Of a stretch of 52,234 bases of DNA, positions 52,010 to 52,234 are shown piece by piece (position 1 is the first letter of the stretch; the number at the start of each line of letters is the position of its first letter). The position numbers were made by a program, and so were the translations under genes. Source of the stretch: a bacterium (GTDB lineage Bacteria; UBP4; UBA4092; JAOAEQ01); the NCBI GenBank assembly GCA_041946755.1, contig JBHGBB010000002.1, positions 1-52,234 of the forward strand, given 5' to 3'. Below the pieces are notes generated by a model. It made no database searches. It saw nothing but the letters and a program-made list of their open reading frames with translations, and was not told the DNA's origin.

Positions 52010-52234
52010 ATGAAACAATCCTTTGATTTATTAGCGCAATGGGTACTAGATAATACCGGGATATCCTTATCTTCCCAACAACTCGACCAATTCCGGCTAT
52101 ATCTAGAGACCTTGCAGGATTGGAATCAGCGAATTAATCTGGTCGCCAACGCCGAGTCGGAAACGATTATCTCCCGCCATTTTCTGGATTCACTCACCTG
52201 CCTGCAAAGTGGGAAAATCCAGGATACGTTAACC
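52010..52234 (+). CDS. rsmG: 16S rRNA (guanine527-N7)-methyltransferase RsmG (GidB), 3' end outside the window
   Basis: This is my own translation from the ATG at 52010: MKQSFDLLAQWVLDNTGISLSSQQLDQFRLYLETLQDWNQRINLVANAESETIISRHFLDSLTCL. The L..W N..iNL ... i..RH.lDSl pattern is the RsmG N-terminus. The frame is open to the window end. Confidence 0.6.
   Translation, partial: MKQSFDLLAQWVLDNTGISLSSQQLDQFRLYLETLQDWNQRINLVANAESETIISRHFLDSLTCLQSGKIQDTLT

Overview
This is a 52.2 kb chromosomal window that reads like an uncultivated diderm bacterium. It has TamB and DUF748 AsmA-like envelope proteins, a prepilin-type pseudopilin, lipoproteins and many secreted glycoside hydrolases and peptidases. 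I support 45 protein-coding genes. The first (tamB-like) and the last (rsmG) are cut by the window edges. I found no rRNA, tRNA or CRISPR array.

Gene content:
- Envelope biogenesis: TamB, an O-antigen-ligase/TPR protein, a secreted YdjC-type deacetylase, GT2 and DUF748.
- A ribose-type sugar ABC operon with a pseudopilin gene embedded in it.
- Carbohydrate- and protein-degrading exoenzymes: GH5 with a discoidin domain, a GH2-like enzyme, a BNR propeller, a papain-like C1 peptidase and a transglutaminase-like lipoprotein.
- Three class I methyltransferases and assorted housekeeping genes.

Loci most worth follow-up:
1. An orphan, translationally coupled radical-SAM/SPASM plus B12-radical-SAM pair (20996-23421), with an upstream 65-aa 4xCxxC mini-protein.
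2. Five adjacent small membrane proteins (48859-51825): TM2, DUF2752, two DUF4190 and a B-box-like zinc-finger protein. All of them except DUF2752 carry Pro-rich (and in two cases Zn-binding) N-termini.
3. Four secreted LPP20/FlgP-like and FlgT-like proteins (44930-47939) with no flagellar genes in view.
4. A REPtron: an IS200-like RAYT tyrosine transposase flanked on each side by two composite REP units (29922-30899).
5. Two paralogous polytopic membrane proteins that bracket the C1 peptidase and are coupled to an HTH_34 regulator (23802-27089).

The intergenic DNA is saturated with several families of short palindromic or 9-nt-periodic repeats. Some of these show compensatory stem changes and nested insertion. 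All family assignments come from motif recognition by eye, and no database search was run.
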